From Macrostomum lignano (Eukaryota), in contig NIVC01000046.1 of assembly GCA_002269645.1 (NCBI GenBank), forward strand, positions 62,001 through 126,000: a DNA stretch of 64,000 nt, given 5' to 3'. The translations under genes were made by a program, and so were the position numbers. Below the pieces are notes generated by a model that did no database searches, had not been told where the DNA came from, and worked only from the letters and a program-made list of their open reading frames with translations. Shown here piece after piece: positions 36,125-48,711 of this stretch; positions within the stretch are counted from its first letter, which is position 1; each line of letters opens with the position of its first letter.

Positions 36125-37100
36125 ATTTTTGCGCATTTTCTTCGTTTTTCTGCCTTTTTGTGCGCATTTTTCTTCGTTTTTTTCTGCCTTTTTGTGCGCA
36201 TTTTTCTTCGTTTTTCTGCCTTTTTGTGCGCATTTTTCTTCGTTTTTTTCCTGCCTTTTTGTGCGCATTTTTCTTCGTTTTTTCTGCCTTTTTGTGCGCA
36301 TTTTTCTTCGTTTTTCCTGCCTTTTTGTGCGCATTTTTCTTCGTTTTTTTCCTGCCTTTTTGTGCGCATTTTTCTTCGTTTTTTTCATGCCTTTTTGTGC
36401 GCATTTTTCTTCGTTTTTTTCCTGCCTTTTTGTGCGCATTTTTCTTCGTTTTTTTCCTGCCTTTTTGTGCGCATTTTTCTTCGTTTTTTTCCTGCCTTTT
36501 TGTGCGCATTTTTCTTCGTTTTTTTCCTGCCTTTTTGTGCGCATTTTTCTTCGTTTTTCTGCCTTTTTGTGCGCATTTTTCTTCGTTTTTTCCTGCCTTT
36601 TTGTGCGCATTTTTCTTCGTTTTTCTGCCTTTTTGTGCGCATTTTTCTTCGTTTTTTCCTGCCTTTTTGTGCGCATTTTTCTTCGTTTTTTTCCTGCCTT
36701 TTTGTGCGCATTTTTCTTCGTTTTTTCTGCCTTTTTGTGCGCATTTTTCTTCGTTTTTTCCTGCCTTTTTGTGCGCATTTTTCTTCGTTTTTTCCTGCCT
36801 TTTTGTGCGCATTTTTCTTCGTTTTTTCATGCCTTTTTGTGCGCATTTTTCTTCGTTTTTTCATGCCTTTTTGTGCGCATTTTTCTTCGTTTTTTCATGC
36901 CTTTTTGTGCGCATTTTTCTTCGTTTTTCTGCCTTTTTGTGCGCATTTTTCTTCGTTTTTTCATGCCTTTTTGTGCGCATTTTTCTTCGTTTTTTTCATG
37001 CCTTTTTGTGCGCATTTTTCTTCGTTTTTTTCATGCCTTTTTGTGCGCATTTTTCTTCGTTTTTTTCCTGCCTTTTTGTGCGCATTTTTCTTCGTTTTTG
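36125..37100. repeat. 33-36-bp T-rich minisatellite (TTTTCTTCGTTTTTTCCTGCCTTTTTGTGCGCA)
   Basis: Periodicity read directly. Confidence 0.95.
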
Positions 37101-37437
37101 TTGACTTTCGTGCTCTTTTTAGTCTTCAATGCACTGTACCCGATTCTCTTAGTCTCCGTTCTCACTTTGCTCCTCACGTCTCCTCTCATCCCTCTCATCT
37201 CATTTACAACAGTTTAGCAATATTTGGCTATATATAATATACACATTTGGTTGCATTTTGAGAATGTCCTTTTTTGAAGGTTGTCTTTTTCAAGGCTGGC
37301 TGGCAATTTTGCTAAACAATATAATTGAGAGCTCGCTTTCTTTTTATTGACTTGCGCTCATAATATGTATGCATTTGCTTTAGTTTGAGGGCTTGGCGGA
37401 TTTAAATTAGGGATATTTTTGGCTTTTAAGTTGATAT

Positions 37438-39725
37438 GTAGTTTATGGTGATTCTCCCTTTAGTTTATGGTGATTCTCTGTAGTTTATGGTGATTCTCCC
37501 TTTAGTTTATGGTGATTCTCCCTGTAGTTTATGGCGATTCTCCCTGTAGTTTATGGCGATTCTCCCTGTAGTTTATGGTGATTCTCTCTGTAGTTTATGG
37601 CGATTCTCCCTGTAGTTTATGGCGATTCTCCCTGTAGTTTATGGTGATTCTCTCTGTAGTTTATGGTGATTCTCCCTGTAGTTATGGCGATTCTCCCTGT
37701 AGTTTATGGCGATTCTCTCTGTAGTTGATGGTGATTCTCTCTGTAGTTTATGGCGATTCTCTCTGTAGTTGATGGTGATTCTCTCTGTAGTTTATGGCGA
37801 TTCTCTCTGTAGTTTATTGTGATTCTCTCTGTAGTTTATGGTGATTCTCTCTGTAGTTTATGGCGATTCTCCCTGTAGTTTATGGCGATTCTCCCTGTAG
37901 TTTATGGTGATTCTCTCTGTAGTTTATGGCGATTCTCCCTGTAGTTTATGGTGATTCTCTCTGTAGTTTATGGCGATTCTCCCTGTAGTTTATGGCGATT
38001 CTCCCTGTAGTTTATGGTGATTCTCTCTGTAGTTTATGGTGATTCTCCCTGTAGTTATGGCGATTCTCCCTGTAGTTTATGGCGATTCTCTCTGTAGTTT
38101 ATGGCGATTCTCTCTGTAGTTTATGGCGATTCTCTCTGTAGTTTATTGTGATTCTCTCTGTAGTTGATGGTGATTCTCTCTGTAGTTTATGGCGATTCTC
38201 CCTGTAGTTTATTGTGATTCTCTCTGTAGTTGATGGTGATTCTCTCTGTAGTTTATGGTGATTCTCTGTAGTTTATGGCGATTCTCTGTAGTTTTTGGCG
38301 ATTCTCTGTAGTTTATGGCGATTCTCTGTAGTTTATGGCGATTCTCTGTAGTTTATGGTGATTCTCTGTAGTTTGTGGCGATTCTCTGTAGTTTATGGTG
38401 ATTCTCTGTAGTTTGTGGCGATTCTCCTTGTAGTTTGTGGCGATTCTCTCTGTAGTTTATGGTGATTCTCCCTGTAGTTATGGCGATTCTCCCTGTAGTT
38501 TATGGCGATTCTCCCTGTAGTTTATGGTGATTCTCCCTGTAGTTTATGGCGATTCTCCCTGTAGTTTATGGCGATTCTCCCTGTAGTTTATGGTGATTCT
38601 CTCTGTAGTTTATGGCGATTCTCCCTGTAGTTTATGGCGATTCTCCCTGTAGTTTATGGTGATTCTCTCTGTAGTTTATGGCGATTCTCCCTGTAGTTTA
38701 TGGTGATTCTCTCTGTAGTTTATGGCGATTCTCCCTGTAGTTTATGGCGATTCTCCCTGTAGTTTATGGTGATTCTCTCTGTAGTTTATGGTGATTCTCC
38801 CTGTAGTTATGGCGATTCTCCCTGTAGTTTATGGCGATTCTCTCTGTAGTTTATGGCGATTCTCTCTGTAGTTTATGGCGATTCTCTCTGTAGTTTATTG
38901 TGATTCTCTCTGTAGTTGATGGTGATTCTCTCTGTAGTTTATGGCGATTCTCCCTGTAGTTTATGGTGATTCTCTCTGTAGTTTATGGTGATTCTCTCTG
39001 TAGTTTATGGCGATTCTCCCTGTAGTTTATGGTGATTCTCTCTGTAGTTTATGGCGATTCTCCCTGTAGTTTATGGCGATTCTCCCTGTAGTTTATGGTG
39101 ATTCTCTCTGTAGTTTATGGTGATTCTCCCTGTAGTTATGGCGATTCTCCCTGTAGTTTATGGCGATTCTCTCTGTAGTTTATGGCGATTCTCTCTGTAG
39201 TTTATGGCGATTCTCTCTGTAGTTTATTGTGATTCTCTCTGTAGTTGATGGTGATTCTCTCTGTAGTTTATGGCGATTCTCCCTGTAGTTTATGGTGATT
39301 CTCTCTGTAGTTTATGGCGATTCTCCCTGTAGTTGATGGTGATTCTCTCTGTAGTTTATGGTGATTCTCTGTAGTTTATGGCGATTCTCTGTAGTTTTTG
39401 GCGATTCTCTGTAGTTTATGGCGATTCTCTGTAGTTTATGGCGATTCTCTGTAGTTTATGGTGATTCTCTGTAGTTTGTGGCGATTCTCTGTAGTTTATG
39501 GTGATTCTCTGTAGTTTGTGGCGATTCTCCTTGTAGTTTGTGGCGATTCTCCTTGTAGTTTGTGGCGATTCTCTTTGTAGTTTATGAGGATTCTGAGGAT
39601 TCCCTGTAGTTTATGAGGATTTCCTGTAGTTTATGAGGATTTCCTGTAGTTTTATGGGGATTCTTCCTGTAGTTTTATGGGGATTCTTCCTGTAGTTTTA
39701 TGGGGATTCTTCCTGTAGTTTATAG
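37438..39725. repeat. 20/22-bp minisatellite (CTGTAGTTTATGGCGATTCTCC)
   Basis: Periodicity read directly. Confidence 0.96.
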
Positions 39726-40094
39726 CGATTTTCTCCTTGGTTTAAGGCAATTCCGTGTGGTTCGCTGTGAACCTAAACCTAAAGTAATCTAAACCAAAAC
39801 CAGCCCAAAAACCAAAACCAAACTGGTCCTGCAACCCGATCATGCCACGTTCAGAAGGCACCGCACTTGTATTAATAAAGTCCGCCTAGAAAAGCGGAAA
39901 AAAATCTCAAGTCCTTTAGGCCCCAGTTCCCTGCATTATTCAGCAGTGCCCAATTAATTTATTATTAATGTGACAGAGTGTTTGAATGTCGTGTGTCACA
40001 AAAAAACACAGCCACGAACCAACACATAAGCAAACTAAAAAAGTACCGGTCTATATTGAATAATACTTAGCAAACAACTATGAGCTGTCCAATA

Positions 40095-41360
40095 CCTAAA
40101 GTTTTGACCTTCAAGACCCTCATAGAATCGGCCTTCAATACCCTGACAGAATTGGCCTTCAAAACCTTGCATGATGGAATCTGCCTTCAATATCCTCATA
40201 AAATCGGCCTTTCAAAGCTTCACAGAATTGCCCTTCAATACCCTCACAGAATCGGCCTTCAAAACCCTCCCAAAATCAGCCTTTAAATGTCTCATAGAAT
40301 CTGTCTTCAAAACCCTTATAGAATCGGCCTTCAATACCCTTAAATAGAATCGGCCTTCAATACCCTTAAATAGAATCGGCCTTCAATACCCTTAAATAGA
40401 ATCGGCCTTCAATACCCTTAAATAGAATCGGCCTTCAATACCCTTAAATAGAATCGGCCTTCAATCCCTTATAGAATCTGTCTTCAAAACCCTCAAATAG
40501 AATCGGCCTTCAATACCCTTAAATAGAATCGGCCTTCAATCCCTTATAGAATCTGTCTTCAAAACCCTCAAATAGAATCGGCCTTCAATACCCTTAAATA
40601 GAATCGGCCTTCAATCCCTTATAGAATCGGCCTTCAAAACCCTCCCAAAATCAGCCTTTAAATGTCTCATAGAATCTGTCTTCAAAACCCTTATAGAATC
40701 GGCCTTCAATACCCTTAAATAGAATCGGCCTTCAATCCCTTATAGAATCTGTCTTCAAAACCCTCAAATAGAATCGGCCTTCAATCCCTTATAGAATCGG
40801 CCTTCAAAACCCTCCCAAAATCAGCCTTTAAATGTCTCATAGAATCTGTCTTCAAAACCCTTATAGAATCGGCCTTCAATACCCTTAAATAGAATCGGCC
40901 TTCAATACCCTTAAATAGAATCGGCCTTCAATACCCTTAAATAGAATCGGCCTTCAATACCCTTAAATAGAATCGGCCTTCAATACCCTTAAATAGAATC
41001 GGCCTTCAATACCCTTAAATAGAATCGGCCTTCAATACCCTTAAATAGAATCGGCCTTCAATACCCTTAAATAGAATCGGCCTTCAATACCCTTAAATAG
41101 AATCGGCCTTCAATACCCTTAAATAGAATCGGCCTTCAATACCCTTAAATAGAATCGGCCTTCAATCCCTTATAGAATCTGTCTTCAAAACCCTTATAGA
41201 ATCGGCCTTCAATACCCTTAAATAGAATCGGCCTTCAATCCCTTATAGAATCTGTCTTCAAAACCCTCAAATAGAATCGGCCTTCAATCCCTTATAGAAT
41301 CGGCCTTCAAAACCCTCCCAGAATCAGCTTTCAAAACCCTCATAGAGTCGGCCTTCAAAC
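40095..41360. repeat. 26-bp minisatellite (ATAGAATCGGCCTTCAATACCCTTAA)
   Basis: Periodicity read directly. Confidence 0.95.
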
Positions 41361-41598
41361 TAACCCGAAAACCTGCCCGATAACTATTCAAATTTCTATT
41401 GCCAATAAAATTTTCTAGAATTCCGTAAACAAGACATTTTAAAAAAAACGATGTTTTATTACCAGTTGTAAATTTCTCCAAAGATGTTGAGTTTATTTCT
41501 TTAGTAAGTATACCGTTCTATTGAATTCTCAAAAGAACTGCAAGTTATTGCAATTCAGTTTTGCATAGCAGCGGGATTAGTGAACTCCAAAATGTCTT

Positions 41599-41876
41599 TT
41601 AATTGTCTTCACCTTTGCCGCTCCGCTTGAACGCGCTGTAGTATTGCTCAAACAGGCTCTCCAAAAGTCGGCTCTGACGTTCGCAGTTTCCGCACGACAT
41701 CCGCCCGCCGATTGGCACAGGCGACGATGTTGAGGCTTTGCAGCACTGACCGGATGGGCAGTCAGAGTCGCTCGAACAGCTGAAAGCGCCGCTGCTGTCG
41801 TCTGCCGAGTCAGTCAGGGCCGCGTCCTCGGCCAGCCGCATGTCTGCCTGGTTGGGGGCGCAGCGGCCGTAGGAGG
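41599..41876 (-). CDS. Secreted double cystine-knot precursor, exon 3 of 3
   Basis: TTTCCCTCAG acceptor, phase 1; ASYGRC completes knot 1, followed by CSSDSDCPSGQCC-x15-CGNC and ...YYSAFKRSGKGEDN*. Confidence 0.75.
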
Positions 41877-41899
41877 CTGAGGGAAATAGGATGCAGATA

Positions 41900-42095
41900 C
41901 TCTCAGTGTCCTCAGTGTCTACTCTTAGTGTCCACTCTCAGTGTCTACTCTCAGTGTCTATTCTCAGTGTCTACTCTCTGTGTCTACTCTCAGTGTCTAC
42001 TCTCAGTGTCTACTCTCAGTGTCTACTCTCAGTTTCTACTTTCAGTGTCTACTCTCAGTGTCTACTCTCTGTGTCTACTCTCTGTGTCTACTCTA
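41900..42095. repeat. 13-bp minisatellite (TCTACTCTCAGTG)
   Basis: Direct reading. Confidence 0.93.
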
Positions 42096-42524
42096 TTCTC
42101 TCTCCCAATAGTGCATCCCTAACTTAGCCCACATATCTTTACTGGGATGAAAGACAACAACCAACATTCCAATTGCGTTTGAGACCTTTTTGTCTCACCT
42201 GAAGCAATATATGTAGCCTAATAGCTAACAGAAGAAAATCAGACTCAGGTCCAACCTCCGGTGTACTTGATTTTGTGCAAATAATTTTCTACACGTACTG
42301 AAGACACAATGACTCGCTTTACCTTGCCCAGAGAATGACATATTGAGATATGGAAATTCGCATTGCAAACTGTTCCTTCAGCAAATATTTGGCTTACCAT
42401 AACAGCCACGCCCATTGTTACTTGGACTGACAGGTCGAAAATTGATAATTGAAGAACAAGTTCTAACTGGATCTCTAGGAGTGCTGGTTATGGGGCTGTG
42501 ATCGAGAATCTGTAACTAAAACAT

Positions 42525-43065
42525 TTGGCCACTTTAATCTGAGATTTGGCTCCACTTTACCTGAGATTTGGCGCCATTTCACCTGAGATTTGGCGCCACT
42601 TTAACTGGGATTTAGCGCCACTTTATTCGAGATTTGGCGCCACTTTACTTGAGATTTGGCGCCACTTTACTTGAGATTTGGCGCCACTTTATTCGAAATT
42701 TGGCGCCACTTTAACTGAGATTTAGCGCCACTTTATTCGAGATTTGGCGCCACTTTACTTGAGATTTGGCGCCACTTTACTTGAGATTTGGCGCCACTTT
42801 ATTCGAAATTTGGCGCCACTTTAACTGAGATTTAGCGCCACTTTTTTCGAGATTTGGCGCCACTTTACTTGAGATTTGGCGCCACTTTACTTGAGATTTG
42901 GCGCCACTTTACCTGAGATTTAGCGTCACTTTATTCGAAATTTGGCGCCAGTTTATCTGAGATTTGGCTCCACTTTACCTGAGATTTGGCGCCACTTTAC
43001 GTAAGATTTGGCGCCATTTTACCTGATATTTGACGCCATTTCTATGAGATTTGGCGCCACTTTAT
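42525..43065. repeat. 22-bp minisatellite (GAGATTTGGCGCCACTTTACTT)
   Basis: About 24 units read directly. Confidence 0.93.
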
Positions 43066-43230
43066 TTTAGCCTCAAAAGGAAAATTTGAAACAACATCTC
43101 GCCAGTTATAATTGTATTTATCGATCCAGTGCGCAAGCATCAGATCCCGAGACCGCACGGGATCCTGAGAACCGAACAGGTTCGTTGCCTGTGCGGGTTA
43201 CGTCAGTGTATAAATATTTGTCAGACTCAC

Positions 43231-43306
43231 CCTGGCTAGCTCGCAAACAGCTGTAGTTCTCACAGCAGGCGGCCTGGGTGAAGCAGACCGCTCCCTCGCC
43301 TTCACA
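43231..43306 (-). CDS. Secreted double cystine-knot precursor, exon 2 of 3
   Basis: CCCCGCAG acceptor; CEGEGAVCFTQAACCENYSCLRASQ; G|GTGAGT donor, phase 1. Confidence 0.75.
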
Positions 43307-43461
43307 CTGCGGGGTGGGGGGTTGAGTCAAATTGAGAGTGGTGGTGCAGGTGTTGGATTTGTTGTTGGAAGTCTTGCATGTCGGTGGCCGTAGACAGAAT
43401 TTTTCCATCTGGGGTGGATGGGTCGCGAGCGTCCATGCAGCGTCCGACATCCAGCAAGCAG

Positions 43462-45308
43462 CTTAGACACGAATTCAGCACCAACAAACACGAATTCAGC
43501 ACCAACAGACAAGAATTCAGCACCAGCAGACACGAATTCAGCACCAACAGACACGAATTCAGCATCAACAGACACGAATTCAGCACCAACAGACAAGAAT
43601 TCAGCACCAACAGACACGAATTCAGCACCAACAGACAAGAATTCAGCACCAACAGACACGAATTCAGCACCAACAGACAAGAATTCAACACCAACAGACA
43701 CGAATTCAGCACCAACAGACAAGAATTCAACACCAACAGACAAGAATTCAGCACCAACAGACACGAATTCAGCACCAACAGACAAGAATTCAGCACCAAC
43801 AGACAAGAATTCAACACCAACAGACAAGAATTCAACACCAACAGACACGAATTCAGCACCAACAGACAAGAATTCAGCACCAACAGACAAGAATTCAACA
43901 CCAACAGACAAGAATTCAACACCAACAGACACGAATTCAGCACCAACAAACAAGAATTCAGCACCAACAGACAAGAATTCAGCACCAACAGACAAGAATT
44001 CAGCACCAGCAGACACGAATTCAGCACCAACAGACACGAATTCAGCACCAACAGACACGAATTAAGCACTAACAGACACGAATTCAGCACCAACAGACAC
44101 GAATTCAGCACCAACAGACACGAATTCAGCACCAACAGACACGAATTCAGCACCAACAGACAAGAATTCAACACCAACAGACAAGAATTCAACACCAACA
44201 GACACGAATTCAGCACCAACAAACAAGAATTCAGCACCAACAGACAAGAATTCAGCACCAACAGACAAGAATTCAACACCAACAGACACGAATTCAGCAC
44301 CAACAAACAAGAATTCAGCACCAACAGACAAGAATTCAGCACCAACAGACAAGAATTCAACACCAACAGACACGAATTCAGCACCAACAAACAAGAATTC
44401 AGCACCAACAGACAAGAATTCAGCACCAACAGACAAGAATTCAGCACCAACAGACAAGAATTCAGCACCAACAGACAAGAATTCAACACCAACAGACAAG
44501 AATTCAGCACCAACAGACAAGAATTCAGCACCAGCAGACACGAATTCAGCACCAACAGACACGAATTCAGCACCAACAGACACGAATTAAGCACCAACAG
44601 ACACGAATTCAGCACCAACAGACACGAATTCAGCACCAACAGACACGAATTCAGCACCAACAGACACGAATTCAGCACCAACAGACAAGAATTCAACACC
44701 AACAGACAAGAATTCAACACCAACAGACACGAATTCAGCACCAACAAACAAGAATTCAGCACCAACAGACAAGAATTCAGCACCAACAGACAAGAATTCA
44801 ACACCAACAGACACGAATTCAGCACCAACAGACAAGAATTCAACACCAACAGACAAGAATTCAGCACCAACAAACAAGAATTCAGCACCAACAGACAAGA
44901 ATTCAACACCAACAGACACGAATTCAGCACCAACAGACAAGAATTCAACACCAACAGACACGAATTCAGCACCAACAGACAAGAATTCAGCACCAACAGA
45001 CAAGAATTCAACACCAACAGACAAGAATTCAGCACCAACAGACAAGAATTCAACACCAACAGACACGAATTCAGCACCAACAGACAAGAATTCAGCACCA
45101 ACAGACAAGAATTCAACACCAACAGACACGAATTCAGCACCAACAGACAAGAATTCAACACCAACAGACACGAATTCAGCACCAACAGACAAGAATTCAG
45201 CACCAACAGACAAGAATTCAACACCAACAGACAAGAATTCAACACCAACAGACACGAATTCAGCACCAACAGACAAGAATTCAGCACCAACAGACAAGAA
45301 TTCAGCAT
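43462..45308. repeat. 21-bp minisatellite (GAATTCAGCACCAACAGACAC/A), about 88 copies
   Basis: Period 21; source of the LNSCLLV / EFSTNRH artefact ORFs. Confidence 0.97.
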
Positions 45309-45774
45309 TTTTCAAGGCAACGAAGCTCATGGTATCTCATGGATGCAACAAAATATGGAAAAAAACTCTCACACAAGAAAATTACAAGCAAGAATGGCTG
45401 ACGGAATTGAAAGCGTGAGGGTGACAAACTAATAGGGGCTGTTAAAATGATTAAATAGCGAGAGCGCCTTCTTCAGGTCAAGTTTCACTTAAACGTAGGA
45501 AGCTTAATTGCAGCTCCTGCTTCACACTTCAGCTTAATATTTATTACAGGCCCTTGACAATTGCTGAGAGTCCACGAAATAGGCCCTATAATTATATTAG
45601 TAGCTATAAGCTGTGAGCAGCAACTGGGCTGCAGTCTGCTGCTCTTGTTCGTGTCAGAAGCAATTATCATATTTTGCTTGCCATTGCTTTCATGCTGACT
45701 AAGAATTGGAAGAATATGTCTGAAATGACTTCTGCAATTGCACTGATATTAAAGTAAGCCTCTGCACCCAGCCC

Positions 45775-46043
45775 TCAACCAGCCTCACCCAGTCCTCACT
45801 CAGCCTCACCCAGTCCTCACTCAGCCTCACTCAGCCTCACCCAGTCCTCACTCAGCCTCACCCAGTCCTCACTCAGCCTCACCCAGTCCTCACTCAGCCT
45901 CATCCAGTCCTCACTCAGCCTCACCCAGTCCTCACTCAGCCTCATCCAGTCCTCACTCAGCCTCACCCAGTCCTCACTCAGCCTCACCCAGTCCTCACTC
46001 ATCCTCACTCAGCCTCACCCAGTCCTCACTCAGTCCTCACTCA
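45775..46043. repeat. 21-bp minisatellite (CTCAGCCTCACCCAGTCCTCA) abutting a splice donor
   Basis: Direct reading. Confidence 0.93.
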
Positions 46044-46044
46044 C

Positions 46045-46185
46045 CGACAATTTTCCCGAACCGGCAATTCCAGCATAGGCGGCGGTCCGCCCCGGCAGTC
46101 TGGCAGCAACAGTCAGCAAAAGCAGCAGAAACAGCAGCTTCTGACCATCAGCTTTCGCGACGCACTGCAGACGCTCAACAGTCAT
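46045..46185 (-). CDS. Secreted double cystine-knot precursor, exon 1 of 3 (signal peptide); total 164 aa
   Basis: MTVERLQCVAKADGQKLLFLLLLLTVAARLPGRTAAYAGIAGSGKLS then GTGAGT donor, phase 0, compatible with exon 2. Not in the ORF track because it is shorter than 60 aa. Confidence 0.7.
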
Positions 46186-46657
46186 AGTGATGTTGTGTCA
46201 AAATATTCTATAATTTTTTTATTTTACTTTTTTGGTGAAAATTGTTCTACAGAAGAAATGTTTAGTTTAGAATTTCTACCAGTAGATTTCGGCTGCAAAT
46301 CCTTAATCATGTAGCTGTAGCTATGGTTCCCATTAATCCCTTTCCTTTAATCCCATTGCATATAACCATCTAACAGGCTGCTTGAGTGGCAGCCAATCAG
46401 AACAGAGCTAACCGTTGCTTTAATCCCTTAATCTTGCCAATGCTGCACCTAGCGCGCTGGACACGCTACACCTGTCAGTGCGTACCTGCATGCGCACGCC
46501 ATAAACAATTATCACCCCATTTTTATGGCCAGTTTCATTTTTCTATTAATTTGCATTTCACAGTAGCGGGCTTGATGAGTGGCTTTTTTTGCGCTGGATT
46601 GAATGGAGTGGCAGTGAGAAACCGTTGGAAAATGCCCCTCTGTTTCTAATTTAGTTG

Positions 46658-47260
<603 letters not shown>

Positions 47261-47367
47261 CTTTCAACCCCGCTGAAGCCGGGGCCCCGGCAACTCCGGC
47301 CGGTGACTCTGGCACCAGTGCCGCCCCACCGGGGGCAGATGGGCTTGCCGCCGGCTCGGCCGGTGAC

Positions 47368-48711
47368 ATGCCCGCACGCGCAACCGGGCCCTCCGCTGAA
47401 GCCCGACGCACCCGCAACCAACGCCGCAACGAGCGGCGACGGCGACTACGGGGTACTGCGGGCCGGCCACCGGCGGAGGGGGAACCTAGGGAGGGCGAGG
47501 CTGCTGTTGGGCCGAAAGGAACCACAGCAACCCCTGCCCCCCAGGATACAACCCCCGCTGGTGAGCCACCCAGTATACCTGCTACAAGCGCGGCCGGGCC
47601 TTCGGGAACCGCCGCCACCAACTACGCCTCAAAGGTCAAGCTCCAACCGGCGGTCATCGTCTTCGGGGAAGAGCAGGACCTCACGGCCGACGAGCTCGAC
47701 AGTGCCTGGCGCACCATCGATGCTGCGCTCATCGACCAGCTCCTGGCGGGCCGCCCTGTGAGCGTGGTCAAGTCTGCCAAGACCGACGGCTGCATCTTCA
47801 TCTGGTGCAGCTCGGAGGAGAGCAGCCGCAATCTACGCGAGCTTCTGCCAAAGCTGAACTGGCCCAAGAAGCTCGGCAAGCTCGTCTTCGCCAGCGAGGG
47901 CGAACGACAGAAGACCCAGCGCTTTCGCGTCTGGATCCCGGCCGGCTGTGCCATTAAGTCCGGAGATCAGCTTAGGCAAATATTGCTAAAGCTGCACCCC
48001 GACCTTGAGGTCAACGGGCTCCTACACCACGCCACTTCCCGCAAGGAGAAGGGGGCTACGGTGATCCTAGGGCTCTCTGATGACTGGGCTAAGCGCTTGC
48101 CGCCTAAGTCCACAATTCATATTGGTCTGACTCAGCTGACCATCCTCCGTTGCGAGGAGCGGAAAGCTGATGAAGCCAAGAATGCCAAAGCTTCCGAAAC
48201 CGGAACTGGGGCCCAGGCTCCTCCGGCAAAGAAGCCGAGGCAAACGGCCGATCCTATGCCCGGTAAGGCAGTTCGCGCTGCTGAAACCGGAAATCGCAAT
48301 CGCAGACCCGCCAGGAGCACCCGGAGGTCCGGCCTGATCCAGCGCGCGCTGGACCAGGCCAAGAACCGTCGTGCGCATCGTGAGCGGGCCCGCGCTTCTC
48401 GCGCTCCACCCCAACAGCCAGAAGGCCAGACTCTAAGCGGGGAGGCTCCGACCGACTGGTTCGAGTCTGTGACTCACCAGGAGGCTGGCGCCACCCGCAT
48501 CGACCTGACCGACGAGGCAGAGGGGACGGGCAGTGACAGCACCGAAGCACGCAGGGGAGGCGACGGTAACGTCCACGCTGGGCTCACGTCCGCGGAGGAC
48601 TCCACAGCCACCCTAACTGCTGAGGACGCTGAAACTCCCATGGAGGTCTGCGGGTCACCCACCACTGAAAAGGAGGAGGATGACCTGCTCAACGATTCCC
48701 CAACTGCATGA
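47368..48711 (+). CDS. LINE ORF1 (gag-like, 447 aa; no CCHC knuckle seen; central domain possibly DUF4780-like)
   Basis: Long GC-rich ORF directly upstream of and overlapping ORF2; low-complexity termini and an ordered core (NYASKVK...[11 protein letters not shown]). Confidence 0.8.
   Translation: MPARATGPSAEARRTRNQRRNERRRRLRGTAGRPPAEGEPREGEAAVGPKGTTATPAPQDTTPAGEPPSIPATSAAGPSGTAATNYASKVKLQPAVIVFGEEQDLTADELDSAWRTIDAALIDQLLAGRPVSVVKSAKTDGCIFIWCSSEESSRNLRELLPKLNWPKKLGKLVFASEGERQKTQRFRVWIPAGCAIKSGDQLRQILLKLHPDLEVNGLLHHATSRKEKGATVILGLSDDWAKRLPPKSTIHIGLTQLTILRCEERKADEAKNAKASETGTGAQAPPAKKPRQTADPMPGKAVRAAETGNRNRRPARSTRRSGLIQRALDQAKNRRAHRERARASRAPPQQPEGQTLSGEAPTDWFESVTHQEAGATRIDLTDEAEGTGSDSTEARRGGDGNVHAGLTSAEDSTATLTAEDAETPMEVCGSPTTEKEEDDLLNDSPTA

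Noticed and set aside
43327-43460. Open frames upstream of knottin exon 2 (DVGRCMDARD..., MSDAAWTL...)
   Set aside because: They either hit stops or are out of phase with exon 1; the CCCCGCAG acceptor at 43307-43308 gives a simpler model.
11708-45308. CRISPR-like appearance of the 20-57 bp arrays
   Set aside because: Units are head-to-tail without unique spacers, the context is eukaryotic, and there are no cas genes.
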